IMG/VR virus record: IMGVR_UViG_3300036985_005342
Coordinates: 658-64,657 of that record
DNA from: a virus
Lineage: Duplodnaviria > Caudoviricetes
Strand: one strand, 5' to 3'
Length of the DNA: 64,000 nucleotides
Numbering within the stretch: the stretch's first letter is position 1; each line of letters starts with the position of its first letter. Shown here piece after piece: positions 36,394 to 45,253 of this stretch. Both the position numbers and the translations under genes were made by a program. The notes under the pieces are model-generated. The model saw only the letters and a list, made by a program, of their open reading frames with translations. It did not search any database and had not been told where the DNA came from.

Positions 36394-37799
36394 CTTTCTT
36401 CAAAAGGTTGGTTGTTGAGCCTGAAGTAGTCGTCCTTTGGAGTATCCACCACATAGCTTTGCTTCCTGCCATCCTTGATGACGGTCGGGGAAAAGTCAAG
36501 TTGCAATAAGCGAAGCTCCATTTCGCCAATTCCTGTCAAGCGAATTTGAATCCAAGTGAACTCGGCGCACTTCTTGGGCGGCTTGCCGAAAGACTCGGTG
36601 AAGAGGATTTTCTGGCCTTCGGTAAGCGGCTTGGGAGGGGCCTCGACAAGGTGCCAGCGTTGCCATTCGAGGCACGCATCCGTGCGGCATTCCACAAGAA
36701 GCTTGGAGAAAGTCTGACCGCCGAGAACCTCCATCGCAAGGCCGAGGCAACTGTTTTTGGACATCAGGCCGGAGGGCGCGATTTGGCCGGTGATAAGCTC
36801 CCACTCGATAGGGATCTCGACGGCATCGCGCAAATCAACGGTGCTTAGGGAGTTTATCTTTGAAACATAAACTTCACCCCCTTTGTCCGAAGCGATGAAT
36901 CGAAAGCCATCCTCGCTGGGGTCTTCCGTGTGGTCAATGAAGCAGTGGATTCCAGCGATTCCCGGATCGGGCAACCACAACCCCTCCCAGATTGCGATGG
37001 GCGTGCGGTCATCGGTGAAAGTAAAAGCTTGGTTCCACGAGACAAATCCTTTTCCGAAAGAACCGGAAGAATGGTCGTAACTCATTGATAATCCAGTAGT
37101 TGCAAACATTCGGTCGCCACGGAACCAGAAGCCACATGCCGCACCTTGGAGGTTCGTGTCGGCAGCGAGCAACGGCTCCACGTCGGAGGAGAGCTTGTTG
37201 ACGTTTTCGCTGCGGAAGGTTTCCACACCGGCCATGATGCTCAGGAAATGAAGGCCTTTGGTCGAACGGAAAAGGTGGTCGCGCTGAAGCACGGCGACGG
37301 CGTAGCGTCCAGTCGCGGAGACGGAGTTAAGCATGTGGTTGACAAGACGCTTGGTGTCCCAGCCCTTCTGGATGACTGTGCCCTTGCCGTCGTGGCGGGT
37401 CTCGCGGGGAACCTCGAAGGTGTTGAAGCTCACGACCCCGTGTTCGTAGTAAGCCACAAGCACACCCTCGCCGTTTGCGCTGTTCATCGCCGGGAGGACA
37501 GCCATTGCCTTGAGATCGCCGAGGCGGGAGTTCGTGGACAGCGGCTCCCCCATCGAGAGGAGGTTCTGCTCCTCCATGAGCAGAATGTCGCTGGACATCA
37601 GGTGCCCACGCTTGTGGATGAGATCCGAGACGTAGATCGTGTGGCCGATCTCCTGATGGATGCGCCCGTGCGCGTAGATCCCCAGACCGGCGTTGTTCTC
37701 AAGCCAGTTGCGAAACTTGTCCTCATCGAACGAATCGTGCGAGGCCTCCTTCGTGTGAAGGGCCTGCGCTCCGAAATATGGTGTGAGGTTTTCGCTCAT
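36378..37799 (-). CDS. Tail nozzle/stabilisation protein, C-terminal part (P22 gp10/T7 gp12-like)
   Basis: Beta-rich; GIYAHGRIHQ, DHLFRSTKGL, KLSSDVEPLL, WEGLW, FTWIQIRLTGIG. Confidence 0.55.
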   Translation of the reverse strand: MSENLTPYFGAQALHTKEASHDSFDEDKFRNWLENNAGLGIYAHGRIHQEIGHTIYVSDLIHKRGHLMSSDILLMEEQNLLSMGEPLSTNSRLGDLKAMAVLPAMNSANGEGVLVAYYEHGVVSFNTFEVPRETRHDGKGTVIQKGWDTKRLVNHMLNSVSATGRYAVAVLQRDHLFRSTKGLHFLSIMAGVETFRSENVNKLSSDVEPLLAADTNLQGAACGFWFRGDRMFATTGLSMSYDHSSGSFGKGFVSWNQAFTFTDDRTPIAIWEGLWLPDPGIAGIHCFIDHTEDPSEDGFRFIASDKGGEVYVSKINSLSTVDLRDAVEIPIEWELITGQIAPSGLMSKNSCLGLAMEVLGGQTFSKLLVECRTDACLEWQRWHLVEAPPKPLTEGQKILFTESFGKPPKKCAEFTWIQIRLTGIGEMELRLLQLDFSPTVIKDGRKQSYVVDTPKDDYFRLNNQPFEERWPSA

Positions 37800-38380
37800 T
37801 TGAATGGCGGGTATGAAATAGCTTTACCCAGTTTTTCGGGCCATGTCCACTCGTTATCGCTGCGCTCCCTGTCGCCGTGCTGGTAAAACCTATAACCCTC
37901 CAGAATTTTAACCTCAAAATGATTCCGATGACGACGATATTGAATCCTGTGGTCAACTGACATCTGCACCATGTTGACGGGGTTCACACAACGAATATGC
38001 TCCTCCAAAAGAACGGCGGCAGACGCTGGGGTTACAACATAGGCGTGAGTATTACATCTTTCAGTGAAGAACAAAACTTCGTTACCGAAAAACTCGTCAA
38101 CGTGATCGTTCAGTTTTTGCCAATCAATCTCAGCATCGCATAAAACATCATCTTCAAAAATCAATACGTTTTCTTGAAGCGCGATACACTTCATCCACGC
38201 GAGAGCGTGGGAGGCGCGACAGCAAAGATCGCCCCGGCACTCGACATAATCGGAGACGAAATGATTCTCGTCTTTGTCAATAGCGTCGAGATATTCAAAC
38301 GGACATCCTTTGCCCACCCCCTCGATGAACGAGCGGTGCCGGTCAATTCTACGCGCAATGTGTATGCAGAGGATTTTCAT
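37796..38380 (-). CDS. Glycosyltransferase family 25-like
   Basis: IHIARRIDR, CRASH, LIFEDDV, THAYVVT, SVD; start MKILC coupled to upstream stop; low GC. Confidence 0.85.
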   Translation of the reverse strand: MKILCIHIARRIDRHRSFIEGVGKGCPFEYLDAIDKDENHFVSDYVECRGDLCCRASHALAWMKCIALQENVLIFEDDVLCDAEIDWQKLNDHVDEFFGNEVLFFTERCNTHAYVVTPASAAVLLEEHIRCVNPVNMVQMSVDHRIQYRRHRNHFEVKILEGYRFYQHGDRERSDNEWTWPEKLGKAISYPPFK

Positions 38381-39081
38381 TTCCACCACCCTTCGTCATT
38401 CCACCATTCTTCAGGCTTTTCCTGACCGTTAATTTGGGAAGGCCCCGCCGCCTGACCGCAAAGCCACGGATGGGCCGCAAGGATGATCTGCTGGCCGCGT
38501 TCGTGGAGGTAGCCGAGCTGGTGGTCAATGTGGGGGAAGAACTCCTTGACCTTGTCCTTCGGTGCGATGTGCTTCGCAAGATAGTCCGGCGCATGAAGGA
38601 TATGCTGATAGAACTTCAGCATGAACTTCCTGTTGATCGCCATCGCGTGCGTTCGGTTGACGTTCCGGCACCTGACCACACCCTCGGCGTAAGGCCACGG
38701 TGGGGAGGTCTCCTTGTAGAGGTGTTGCCCGCCAAGATAAAGCTGATCCCACTGAACGCCCTTTAGAGTCTCCATTGTCTTAGCCAGCCGGTCGCAGAAG
38801 TCGTCCGAGAAAACCACATCGTCCTCGAAGACAAGGTAATTCTGCAACCCGTCCATAAGGGCCTGCTGCGCGATCCCAGCGTGCGACATGAGACAGCCCC
38901 ACGCACCGTTACCGGCACGCCACCAAGCCGGGTGACAACAGGCATTGCCGTGGACACCACGGTATCTCTCGAAGCCGGTGATGCCTTTCTCGGCAGCGCG
39001 TTCTTGGAACTGTTCCCAACGCTCGGGATTTTTGTCGAGGTTGATGACGAAAGTTCTGCTGAAGTAGTTAGTAAAGTTCAT
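38377..39081 (-). CDS. Glycosyltransferase family 25-like
   Basis: VINLDKNPERW, GAWGCLMSH, LVFEDDV, WDQLYLGG, THAMAIN, HID. Confidence 0.9.
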   Translation of the reverse strand: MNFTNYFSRTFVINLDKNPERWEQFQERAAEKGITGFERYRGVHGNACCHPAWWRAGNGAWGCLMSHAGIAQQALMDGLQNYLVFEDDVVFSDDFCDRLAKTMETLKGVQWDQLYLGGQHLYKETSPPWPYAEGVVRCRNVNRTHAMAINRKFMLKFYQHILHAPDYLAKHIAPKDKVKEFFPHIDHQLGYLHERGQQIILAAHPWLCGQAAGPSQINGQEKPEEWWNDEGWWK

Positions 39082-39083
39082 GG

Positions 39084-41309
39084 TTAAGGCGCAGAATAAA
39101 TTCTAAATGTCATCGTTCCCTCGTTATCATCATAAAGTAGGTCGTAGAAATAGAAACAATAATCACCTGCCTTGTCTGCATCGACTGTGAAGGTTTTGGG
39201 ACTCATCGCTTCAGCACTCTCTGTTGCCGCCGCCTCTGTTTCTGCTGCACCAGTAACAAATACCCCTCTCCGAGGACCATCCGGCAACAATCTTATGTAA
39301 AGAGCAACTATGTATTTCGGAAGTATGCTGTCATCGGGTCGAAATTGAGCCACACCAGAAATATATTCACAAATATAGTCCCCCGCTGGGAGCGTGAAAG
39401 TTGAGGCACACGCGGATGTTGTGGCATTTAACGTAATCGTTTCATCGAAGCTGGAGCCAGAGCTGGAGCCAGAGCCAGAGCCAGAGCCAGAGCCGGAGCC
39501 GGAGCTGGAGCCGGAGCTGGAGCCGCATCCTGTGCAAGGTCCGAAGGTGTATTCAATGCCCCCGTAAGTAATTGGGCCGGTGTTTGGACAGTCAACACTA
39601 TCATACCACATGGCTTCTCCCTCCGCCCCAACTGGACCCACACTCAAATACCAGTCTCCTTCGTCACGGATCAAAACAACACCCTGATCCAGAACAAGGT
39701 CGTAGTAAGAATAAGCATCATTTTGTGGCGAATAATTCATTTCAGCACACACTTCCTCCCCGGTGCCGGGGCGTATGTAATTGATCTGAACACAACAAGG
39801 AGATCCAGAGCTGGAGCTAGAGCTGGAGCTGGAGCTGGAGCTGGAGCCGGAGCTGGAGCCGCATCCTGTGCAAGGTCCGAAGGTGTATTCAATGCCCCCG
39901 TAAGTAATTGGGCCGGTGTTTGGACAGTCAACACTATCATACCACATGGCTTCTCCCCCATCCACAGATAAATACCAATCTCCTTCGTCGAGGGTGAGTG
40001 TAATATCTTCAAATGTGTAAACCCCGTCGGCAAACGTCATCTCAGCACAAACTTCCTCCCCGGTGTCGGGGCGTGTGAAATTGATCTGAACACAACAAGT
40101 AGAGCCAGAGCTGGAGCTGGAGCTACCGCCACCGCCGCCGCTAGTTGAGCCGGAGCCGGAGCTGGAGCCAGAGCCGGAGCTGGAGCCGGAGCTGGAGCCA
40201 GAGCCGGAGCCAGAGCCGGAGCTGGAGCTGGAGCCAGAGCCGGAGCCAGAGCCAGAGCCGGAGCCAGAGCCGGAGCTGGAGCTGGAGCCGGAGCCAGAGC
40301 CGGAGCTGGAGCTGGAGCCAGAGCCGGAGCTGGAGCTGGAGCCGGAGCCAGAGCCGGAGCTGGAGCTGGAGCCAGAGCCTGAGCCTGAGCCGGAGCCGGA
40401 GCAGGAGCTGGAGCTGGAGCCAGAGCCGGAGCTGGAGCTGGAGCTGGAGCTGTAATCAGGATCTTTGCAAAGCAATACAAGAATGTCTCTTTCCCCGCCA
40501 ACAAGAAGTTGGGGGTCAACACAGGTATCGAACTCATATTCCACACCTTCTCCGGTGATGACAAATGGGACATCCTCGGCGGGAAGATAGCCGAGTTTCC
40601 TGACATCGTAATTGTAGGAGCGCGAAACTGGATTTAACGAAAAGCGGCCCTCGTCATCGCCCATTCCCGAATATGCTCTGTGGTTGTTGTGGCGGATCTC
40701 CCACAGAGGCTCGGGGATCGGTTCGCGTGTGTCGCAGTCAAGAACGAGGAAACGAAGCTCGATCCCGCTTTCAGGGAAGCCAATCTCGCACTCAGGAATA
40801 TCAGCGACGGGTGCCACATATTCAATCTCCTTGATGGGTGTCTCGCTCTCAACCCAATCGACTTCGTTCATGCCGGGGCTACGTGTTAGGGTCATACCAT
40901 CCCACCAAAACGTATCGCAATTCGGGCTTTGAAACACGAGATAGTTCTCGGCTTGGAAAACGTGGACATCCTCGCAACATCCAAGTGATTCACCGAGAGG
41001 GTGACAACCAAGGATCGGAACCCCATCGACCACAACGGCAATACCGGAAAGTGCCTGCGAGAGAGGTGCGGCGGAGATCCCCCGGCGCGGGCGGAAACTG
41101 GCAGCTCCGTTGAACTGACCTACGGCACCAGTAGTAGTATAGACAAATCCGGGGCGTGTCTTGACCACGCCCTCATCGAAGACAAGATTGGTAGCCGAGT
41201 GAACCCTCCGCTTTTCCCCTACAAGAAGCGGGCTGGACTTCATGTCCACACCTTGCGTCCCGAGCTGGATGATGTTGATTTTAGGCATCTGCTGACCAAT
41301 GGTAGCCAC
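39084..41309 (-). CDS. Tail protein: nozzle-like N-terminus fused to Ser/Gly-rich linkers and duplicated Cys-rich modules
   Basis: GVDMKSSP...[17 protein letters not shown]...[10 protein letters not shown]; >100-residue S/G tract; two CCVQIN...GPCTGC modules. Confidence 0.7.
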   Translation of the reverse strand: MATIGQQMPKINIIQLGTQGVDMKSSPLLVGEKRRVHSATNLVFDEGVVKTRPGFVYTTTGAVGQFNGAASFRPRRGISAAPLSQALSGIAVVVDGVPILGCHPLGESLGCCEDVHVFQAENYLVFQSPNCDTFWWDGMTLTRSPGMNEVDWVESETPIKEIEYVAPVADIPECEIGFPESGIELRFLVLDCDTREPIPEPLWEIRHNNHRAYSGMGDDEGRFSLNPVSRSYNYDVRKLGYLPAEDVPFVITGEGVEYEFDTCVDPQLLVGGERDILVLLCKDPDYSSSSSSSSGSGSSSSSCSGSGSGSGSGSSSSSGSGSGSSSSSGSGSSSSSGSGSGSSSSSGSGSGSGSGSGSGSSSSSGSGSGSGSSSGSSSGSGSSSGSGSTSGGGGGSSSSSSGSTCCVQINFTRPDTGEEVCAEMTFADGVYTFEDITLTLDEGDWYLSVDGGEAMWYDSVDCPNTGPITYGGIEYTFGPCTGCGSSSGSSSSSSSSSSSSSGSPCCVQINYIRPGTGEEVCAEMNYSPQNDAYSYYDLVLDQGVVLIRDEGDWYLSVGPVGAEGEAMWYDSVDCPNTGPITYGGIEYTFGPCTGCGSSSGSSSGSGSGSGSGSGSSSGSSFDETITLNATTSACASTFTLPAGDYICEYISGVAQFRPDDSILPKYIVALYIRLLPDGPRRGVFVTGAAETEAAATESAEAMSPKTFTVDADKAGDYCFYFYDLLYDDNEGTMTFRIYSAP
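39521..39957. repeat. ~100-bp direct repeat (39521-39621 / 39857-39957)
   Basis: Identical AGCCGCATCC...GGCTTCTCCC blocks 336 bp apart. Confidence 0.85.
40102..40452 (-). repeat. Hexamer microsatellite encoding Ser/Gly
   Basis: Mixed GAGCTG/GAGCCG/GAGCCA units; shorter tracts at ~39449-39524 and ~39806-39860. Confidence 0.9.
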
Positions 41310-42036
41310 TTACGGAGTTCCACTTCAAGATCGAAGTTACCGTTGGTGTCGGCAGAAATTCGGCGACGGATGCGAAAGATCCTTCGGGGTCACACACGTC
41401 GCCCACGGTGGCAACTGGCTTGACCACAATGATACCCTCGCCTTGAAGCGTGGACAGGCAGCGGATTTCGTTCTCGTCGCCGTTGGCAGCAATATGCTTG
41501 TAACCGATGATCTCCAGTGTCGTGCGCCTTGGCAAGAGACCCTTCACACACTTGGGGATCTCCTCCACAGGAGTCTGGACGAACTGCTTTGCGGAAGCGT
41601 CCCACAACGTCAGGCTGTCCTTCTCGGGCGTGCCTTGGATCGCGTGCATGTCACCGAGGCAATCGGCGATGACTTGGAACTTGAAAGGCAGCGGCTCACC
41701 GGGAATCGGTGTGGACGAAGGCGTTTGCTTCCAGAAGTTGTGGTAGAGTTGAGTGACCTTCAGCGGAACCGATTTCACCACGCTGGCGAGACCCTCAACG
41801 ATCTTGATGAATCCCGAACCCGAGAAACGTGCGAGCTTGTCGCCCTTTCGACCGAGGATGACAATCTCATCGACAGAGCAAGTGGAATCGAGCCAAGTGC
41901 TTGCGAGCGTAGTGCCCTCGCTGTTGTCCGACTTGAGCGAATCGTCCGTGGTCGGACAAACGCGGCAAAGCGGGACTGTCTGCGGGGTGGCGCAGGTATC
42001 AGCGAGGGTCGGGAGTTGGTTGCAGTTGCAGGACAT
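41281..42036 (-). CDS. Cys-rich structural protein
   Basis: 251 aa starting MSCNCNQ; in tail cluster. Confidence 0.6.
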   Translation of the reverse strand: MSCNCNQLPTLADTCATPQTVPLCRVCPTTDDSLKSDNSEGTTLASTWLDSTCSVDEIVILGRKGDKLARFSGSGFIKIVEGLASVVKSVPLKVTQLYHNFWKQTPSSTPIPGEPLPFKFQVIADCLGDMHAIQGTPEKDSLTLWDASAKQFVQTPVEEIPKCVKGLLPRRTTLEIIGYKHIAANGDENEIRCLSTLQGEGIIVVKPVATVGDVCDPEGSFASVAEFLPTPTVTSILKWNSVSGYHWSADA

Positions 42037-42042
42037 GGTGGC

Positions 42043-42201
42043 TTATTTGTTAGATTCCGTTGCGATGATGATCCCCCGCGCCACTTCCTCGCCATCCAAT
42101 GCCCATGTGCGCGTGCCGTCCGGCGAGACGGTCAGTGAGCATCCCGAGCATCCGTAAATCACGAGGGCGAGGAGTGCGGCGGTGAGGAGAGTGGTTTTCA
42201 T
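42043..42201 (-). CDS. Small predicted lipoprotein
   Basis: My translation MKTTLLTAALLALVIYGCSGCSLTVSPDG... (52 aa): signal peptide with lipobox-like Cys. Confidence 0.6.
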   Translation of the reverse strand: MKTTLLTAALLALVIYGCSGCSLTVSPDGTRTWALDGEEVARGIIIATESNK

Positions 42202-42204
42202 GGA

Positions 42205-44211
42205 TCAGTAGTTCATGTTCTGTTGGCTGTAATCGGTGACGAACTTCGGCGCGATCTCCATGCTGAAATCCGTGATCCAGCATTCCCGCACACCGCCGGG
42301 AGTGGTTGGGGTCGTGCCGGTGATGAGGGCGAAGTAGGTCGAGGAATCCGAGCTGCCGCCCACGGTGATTGTGCCGCTCCAGTCGGCGATCATGCGGCGG
42401 GCGGGCAGTCTGGTGCTTGACCCTGCCGCTGTCGCGGGCTGATGCCATGCCCGGAAACGCTTGGTGACACTTGTGCCATTGCCGATGTATTCAATCCAGT
42501 AGATGTTATCCGTACTCGTAATCCATGTGCCTCCAGCATATGGCGCGGCTGCGGTGGTGGTGGAGTGGTAGATTTTCGGCGAGACGGTTTCCGTGATGCC
42601 CGATCCTTTTACGGCGAACTGGATGTATGGCACGGACTGACTGGAAATGACATCAACACCGTGGATGATCCTGAATCCGTTCCAACTCGTGTTGGTCATG
42701 CCGACCGCTTCGGTCGAAGAGGCTCCCCCGCAAAGGATGACGGCTTGGATGTCATCCAGTAGCTGCCCGTCGAAAAGCCGATATTTGAAAATCTGCCGCT
42801 GCCCCATTTGTGGCCCGAAGTCCATGATTTTCCCGGATCGGCCCGTGGATGCAACGGGCGCGGGCGAGGCCGTGAAGGTGTAAGTCATCTTGCCGTGATC
42901 CGGCGAAGTGACCCCGAAATTGCTCGCCCCGATCAACTGACTTGATTGTGCCCAGATCGTCGCCCGCGTGGTGGTGTCGGAAAGGGTGCGCATCGCGCTG
43001 GATTCTGCCGTCTGGAGGTTGAACCGTCCTCCCGGCACGTGAAGGTTGAGAAGTAGCTTGTCGATGATCCACGCCGCGATGAATCGGCGGGCGGGAATGG
43101 TGAGGTGAGGCGCGATGGCGGATTCATTCCACCCATCCGCCGTGCTGCCGACGGTGTCCATGTAGGCGACGGTGCGGAGGAGTTTCTGGCCGTCCACGAA
43201 CGCCCATTTGTAGGTCGCGCATTTCGTCCGGATCGCCGCGTTGGTGGTTACGTCAAGCCCGCCGTCTCCCGATGGCGAGGATGTGTTGCCGACCCACACG
43301 TGCGAGCAATTCGGATGTTGCTCATACCATCGGGTCATCATCGCGTCGAGGTCGCTGAGGTCGGTATCCTCTTCCTTGACGGCGTGGAAAATGAGACGTG
43401 CATCCATCGCCGCGCAGAGGGTGGCGAGGTTCGCGGCGGGCGAGGTGAGGGCTTGCGCGTAGCTTGATCCGCCTCGCCCGACCGTGACCGGAATCACGCC
43501 GGAATCTAGATACATGTAGGTGCCGAGGTAGTGGGAAACGCCGGTTGCATTCGATACCACGAGCGTCGGCTTGCCGTTTTTCAGGAGTCCATCCGCAGCC
43601 TCAAAATCCACGTATCCGATGGTTCCTGCCGTTCCCGCCCCCGTGTCGGCGGTTTTCGCCGTGATCGCCACGCCGTATTGGGAGACAGTGAAAGTGAGTG
43701 TTCCGCCGCCGGATCTCCGCGCATACCAACAACGGATTTTCGTCCATCCGGCGTGGATGTTTGCGGATTGAGGCGTTTCCGTAACTGTGCCTGCAATGGG
43801 CAGGGAATAATACTCGCCATTGGGGAGGTATGTGAAATCACCGGAAAGCAACGCAGCGGAACCACCGAGCGTTACCGTCGTGGATTGTTGTCCAGAACCG
43901 AACGCGATGCCTCCAGTAAAAGTGGACGTGCCGACGCATCCCTGACCAAAGCGACGGATCATTTCCAACGCGACATAAGGGGGAAATGCTGATCCAGCGG
44001 TCGCCATGCTGTCCCCGCCCGTGCCGAACACTACGTATTTCCCATCGCCGGGGTATTCGGTGACGCTGAAATCAATCAACTGATCGTAGAAATGATGGAT
44101 CGCCTCGGGGGAGGTGTCGATGGGGTAGGCGTTTACAGCCTCCCCTATTTCAATAGTAATATCCGCCGGATTAAGATCCTCCTGTCGATACAATGGTCGT
44201 GTGAGTGGCAT
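42205..44211 (-). CDS. SGNH/GDSL esterase-like tail appendage (candidate receptor-binding protein)
   Basis: GGDSM, VGRGGSS, FVDGQ...APHLT blocks; 668 aa, beta-rich C-terminus. Confidence 0.6.
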   Translation of the reverse strand: MPLTRPLYRQEDLNPADITIEIGEAVNAYPIDTSPEAIHHFYDQLIDFSVTEYPGDGKYVVFGTGGDSMATAGSAFPPYVALEMIRRFGQGCVGTSTFTGGIAFGSGQQSTTVTLGGSAALLSGDFTYLPNGEYYSLPIAGTVTETPQSANIHAGWTKIRCWYARRSGGGTLTFTVSQYGVAITAKTADTGAGTAGTIGYVDFEAADGLLKNGKPTLVVSNATGVSHYLGTYMYLDSGVIPVTVGRGGSSYAQALTSPAANLATLCAAMDARLIFHAVKEEDTDLSDLDAMMTRWYEQHPNCSHVWVGNTSSPSGDGGLDVTTNAAIRTKCATYKWAFVDGQKLLRTVAYMDTVGSTADGWNESAIAPHLTIPARRFIAAWIIDKLLLNLHVPGGRFNLQTAESSAMRTLSDTTTRATIWAQSSQLIGASNFGVTSPDHGKMTYTFTASPAPVASTGRSGKIMDFGPQMGQRQIFKYRLFDGQLLDDIQAVILCGGASSTEAVGMTNTSWNGFRIIHGVDVISSQSVPYIQFAVKGSGITETVSPKIYHSTTTAAAPYAGGTWITSTDNIYWIEYIGNGTSVTKRFRAWHQPATAAGSSTRLPARRMIADWSGTITVGGSSDSSTYFALITGTTPTTPGGVRECWITDFSMEIAPKFVTDYSQQNMNY

Positions 44212-44212
44212 A

Positions 44213-44434
44213 TTAAAGAATCCTTACGTTAGCTGCTCCGGTTAGGCGTGCGCGGTTATGTCCAACACCGACAAAGTTGCCGGGAGCGATGATGTCAATT
44301 TCAGGACCGTAGGCTTTAAGTCTTGGATTCCAGAAAGCGATGGTGATGTCAGCATCCGTGTGGATTTGAACTTCTTGTCCTTCGGGGAGGTTGTAAACCT
44401 CATCGGTCGTGGTGATTTCGTTGTCGTAGAGCAT
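44213..44434 (-). CDS. Small structural protein
   Basis: Start MLYDNEIT at 44434. Confidence 0.55.
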   Translation of the reverse strand: MLYDNEITTTDEVYNLPEGQEVQIHTDADITIAFWNPRLKAYGPEIDIIAPGNFVGVGHNRARLTGAANVRIL

Positions 44435-44439
44435 GGTGA

Positions 44440-45174
44440 TTATGCAGTGTAGTTTTGTCCAAGGACTTGTCCAATCCAACTTGTTCCATCAGCCTTGAAT
44501 TGGAGCATGTCAAATTTGCTGGCGGTTACTGTGATGGTGGGTGCCGAAGCTCCCGGCCATTTGACTCCAGTAAAGGCGGCGGTAAAGCTGCCTGCGCCGG
44601 TAAATAGTTTGAGCGTTAGTGTCTTTCCTGCCGTCGCAGTGGGCATGGTAAATACGCAGTTCCCTGTGAGGGTGCAAATCTGGAAAGTGCCGGAGGTCAG
44701 CACAAGCGTTTCCAGCGTGCCACTAGGTCCAATGTTGATCGAAGCTTCAGTGGGGTTGACAAGCGTTTGGTTTGTGGACGTGCCGTCGGCTATTAGAACC
44801 CTGAGGGCATCTGCGGCGATTCGAGCAGCCTCCTCCGCAGCCGCATCGGCAATGCGGTCGGCGATCTCTTGGTCAAGCGCGTTGGCTACGACTTGTATCT
44901 GCGAAACCACAGCGGTTCCGCTGAGGATTGCTCCCGTGGTAAGAAGGCTGACCACAAGAAGATCGGCCTCATCATACTCAATGTTGTAGGAAGTGGCAGT
45001 CTCGCAGTTGACCTTGGTGATGGGGTGCTGGATCGTCCCGAAAATGAACTCGGGCCAACCGGGGTTCACGTCCTGATCGAGGAACAGTTTGACCTGATCG
45101 CCAACCTGAGCTTCCGGTCCCGTGTCGTATTGATACAGGGCGGGTTCGACAATAAGATCTTCGAGGAGTTCCAT
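44440..45174 (-). CDS. Fibre-like structural protein
   Basis: Coiled coil EEAARIAAD then VKWPGASAPTIT...DGTSWIG C-terminal module. Confidence 0.6.
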   Translation of the reverse strand: MELLEDLIVEPALYQYDTGPEAQVGDQVKLFLDQDVNPGWPEFIFGTIQHPITKVNCETATSYNIEYDEADLLVVSLLTTGAILSGTAVVSQIQVVANALDQEIADRIADAAAEEAARIAADALRVLIADGTSTNQTLVNPTEASINIGPSGTLETLVLTSGTFQICTLTGNCVFTMPTATAGKTLTLKLFTGAGSFTAAFTGVKWPGASAPTITVTASKFDMLQFKADGTSWIGQVLGQNYTA

Positions 45175-45185
45175 GAGCGTAAGAG

Positions 45186-45232
45186 GAAAAAGGGAGGAGG
45201 GGCGAGCCGGGGTTTTCCCAACCCGCCCCTCG
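45186..45232 (-). terminator. Putative terminator after capsid gene
   Basis: GAGGGGCG...CGCCCCTC stem followed on the - strand by a pyrimidine/T tract. Confidence 0.45.
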
Positions 45233-45253
45233 GTTATAGGTTAGACCAAAAGG

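Noticed and set aside
39521-40099. DGR template/variable repeat pair
   Set aside because: Both copies are in one ORF, the core is identical rather than adenine-mutated, and no reverse transcriptase is present
40037-40606. Ala-Pro and Ser-Arg-Trp repeat ORFs
   Set aside because: Alternative frames of the Ser/Gly hexamer tract
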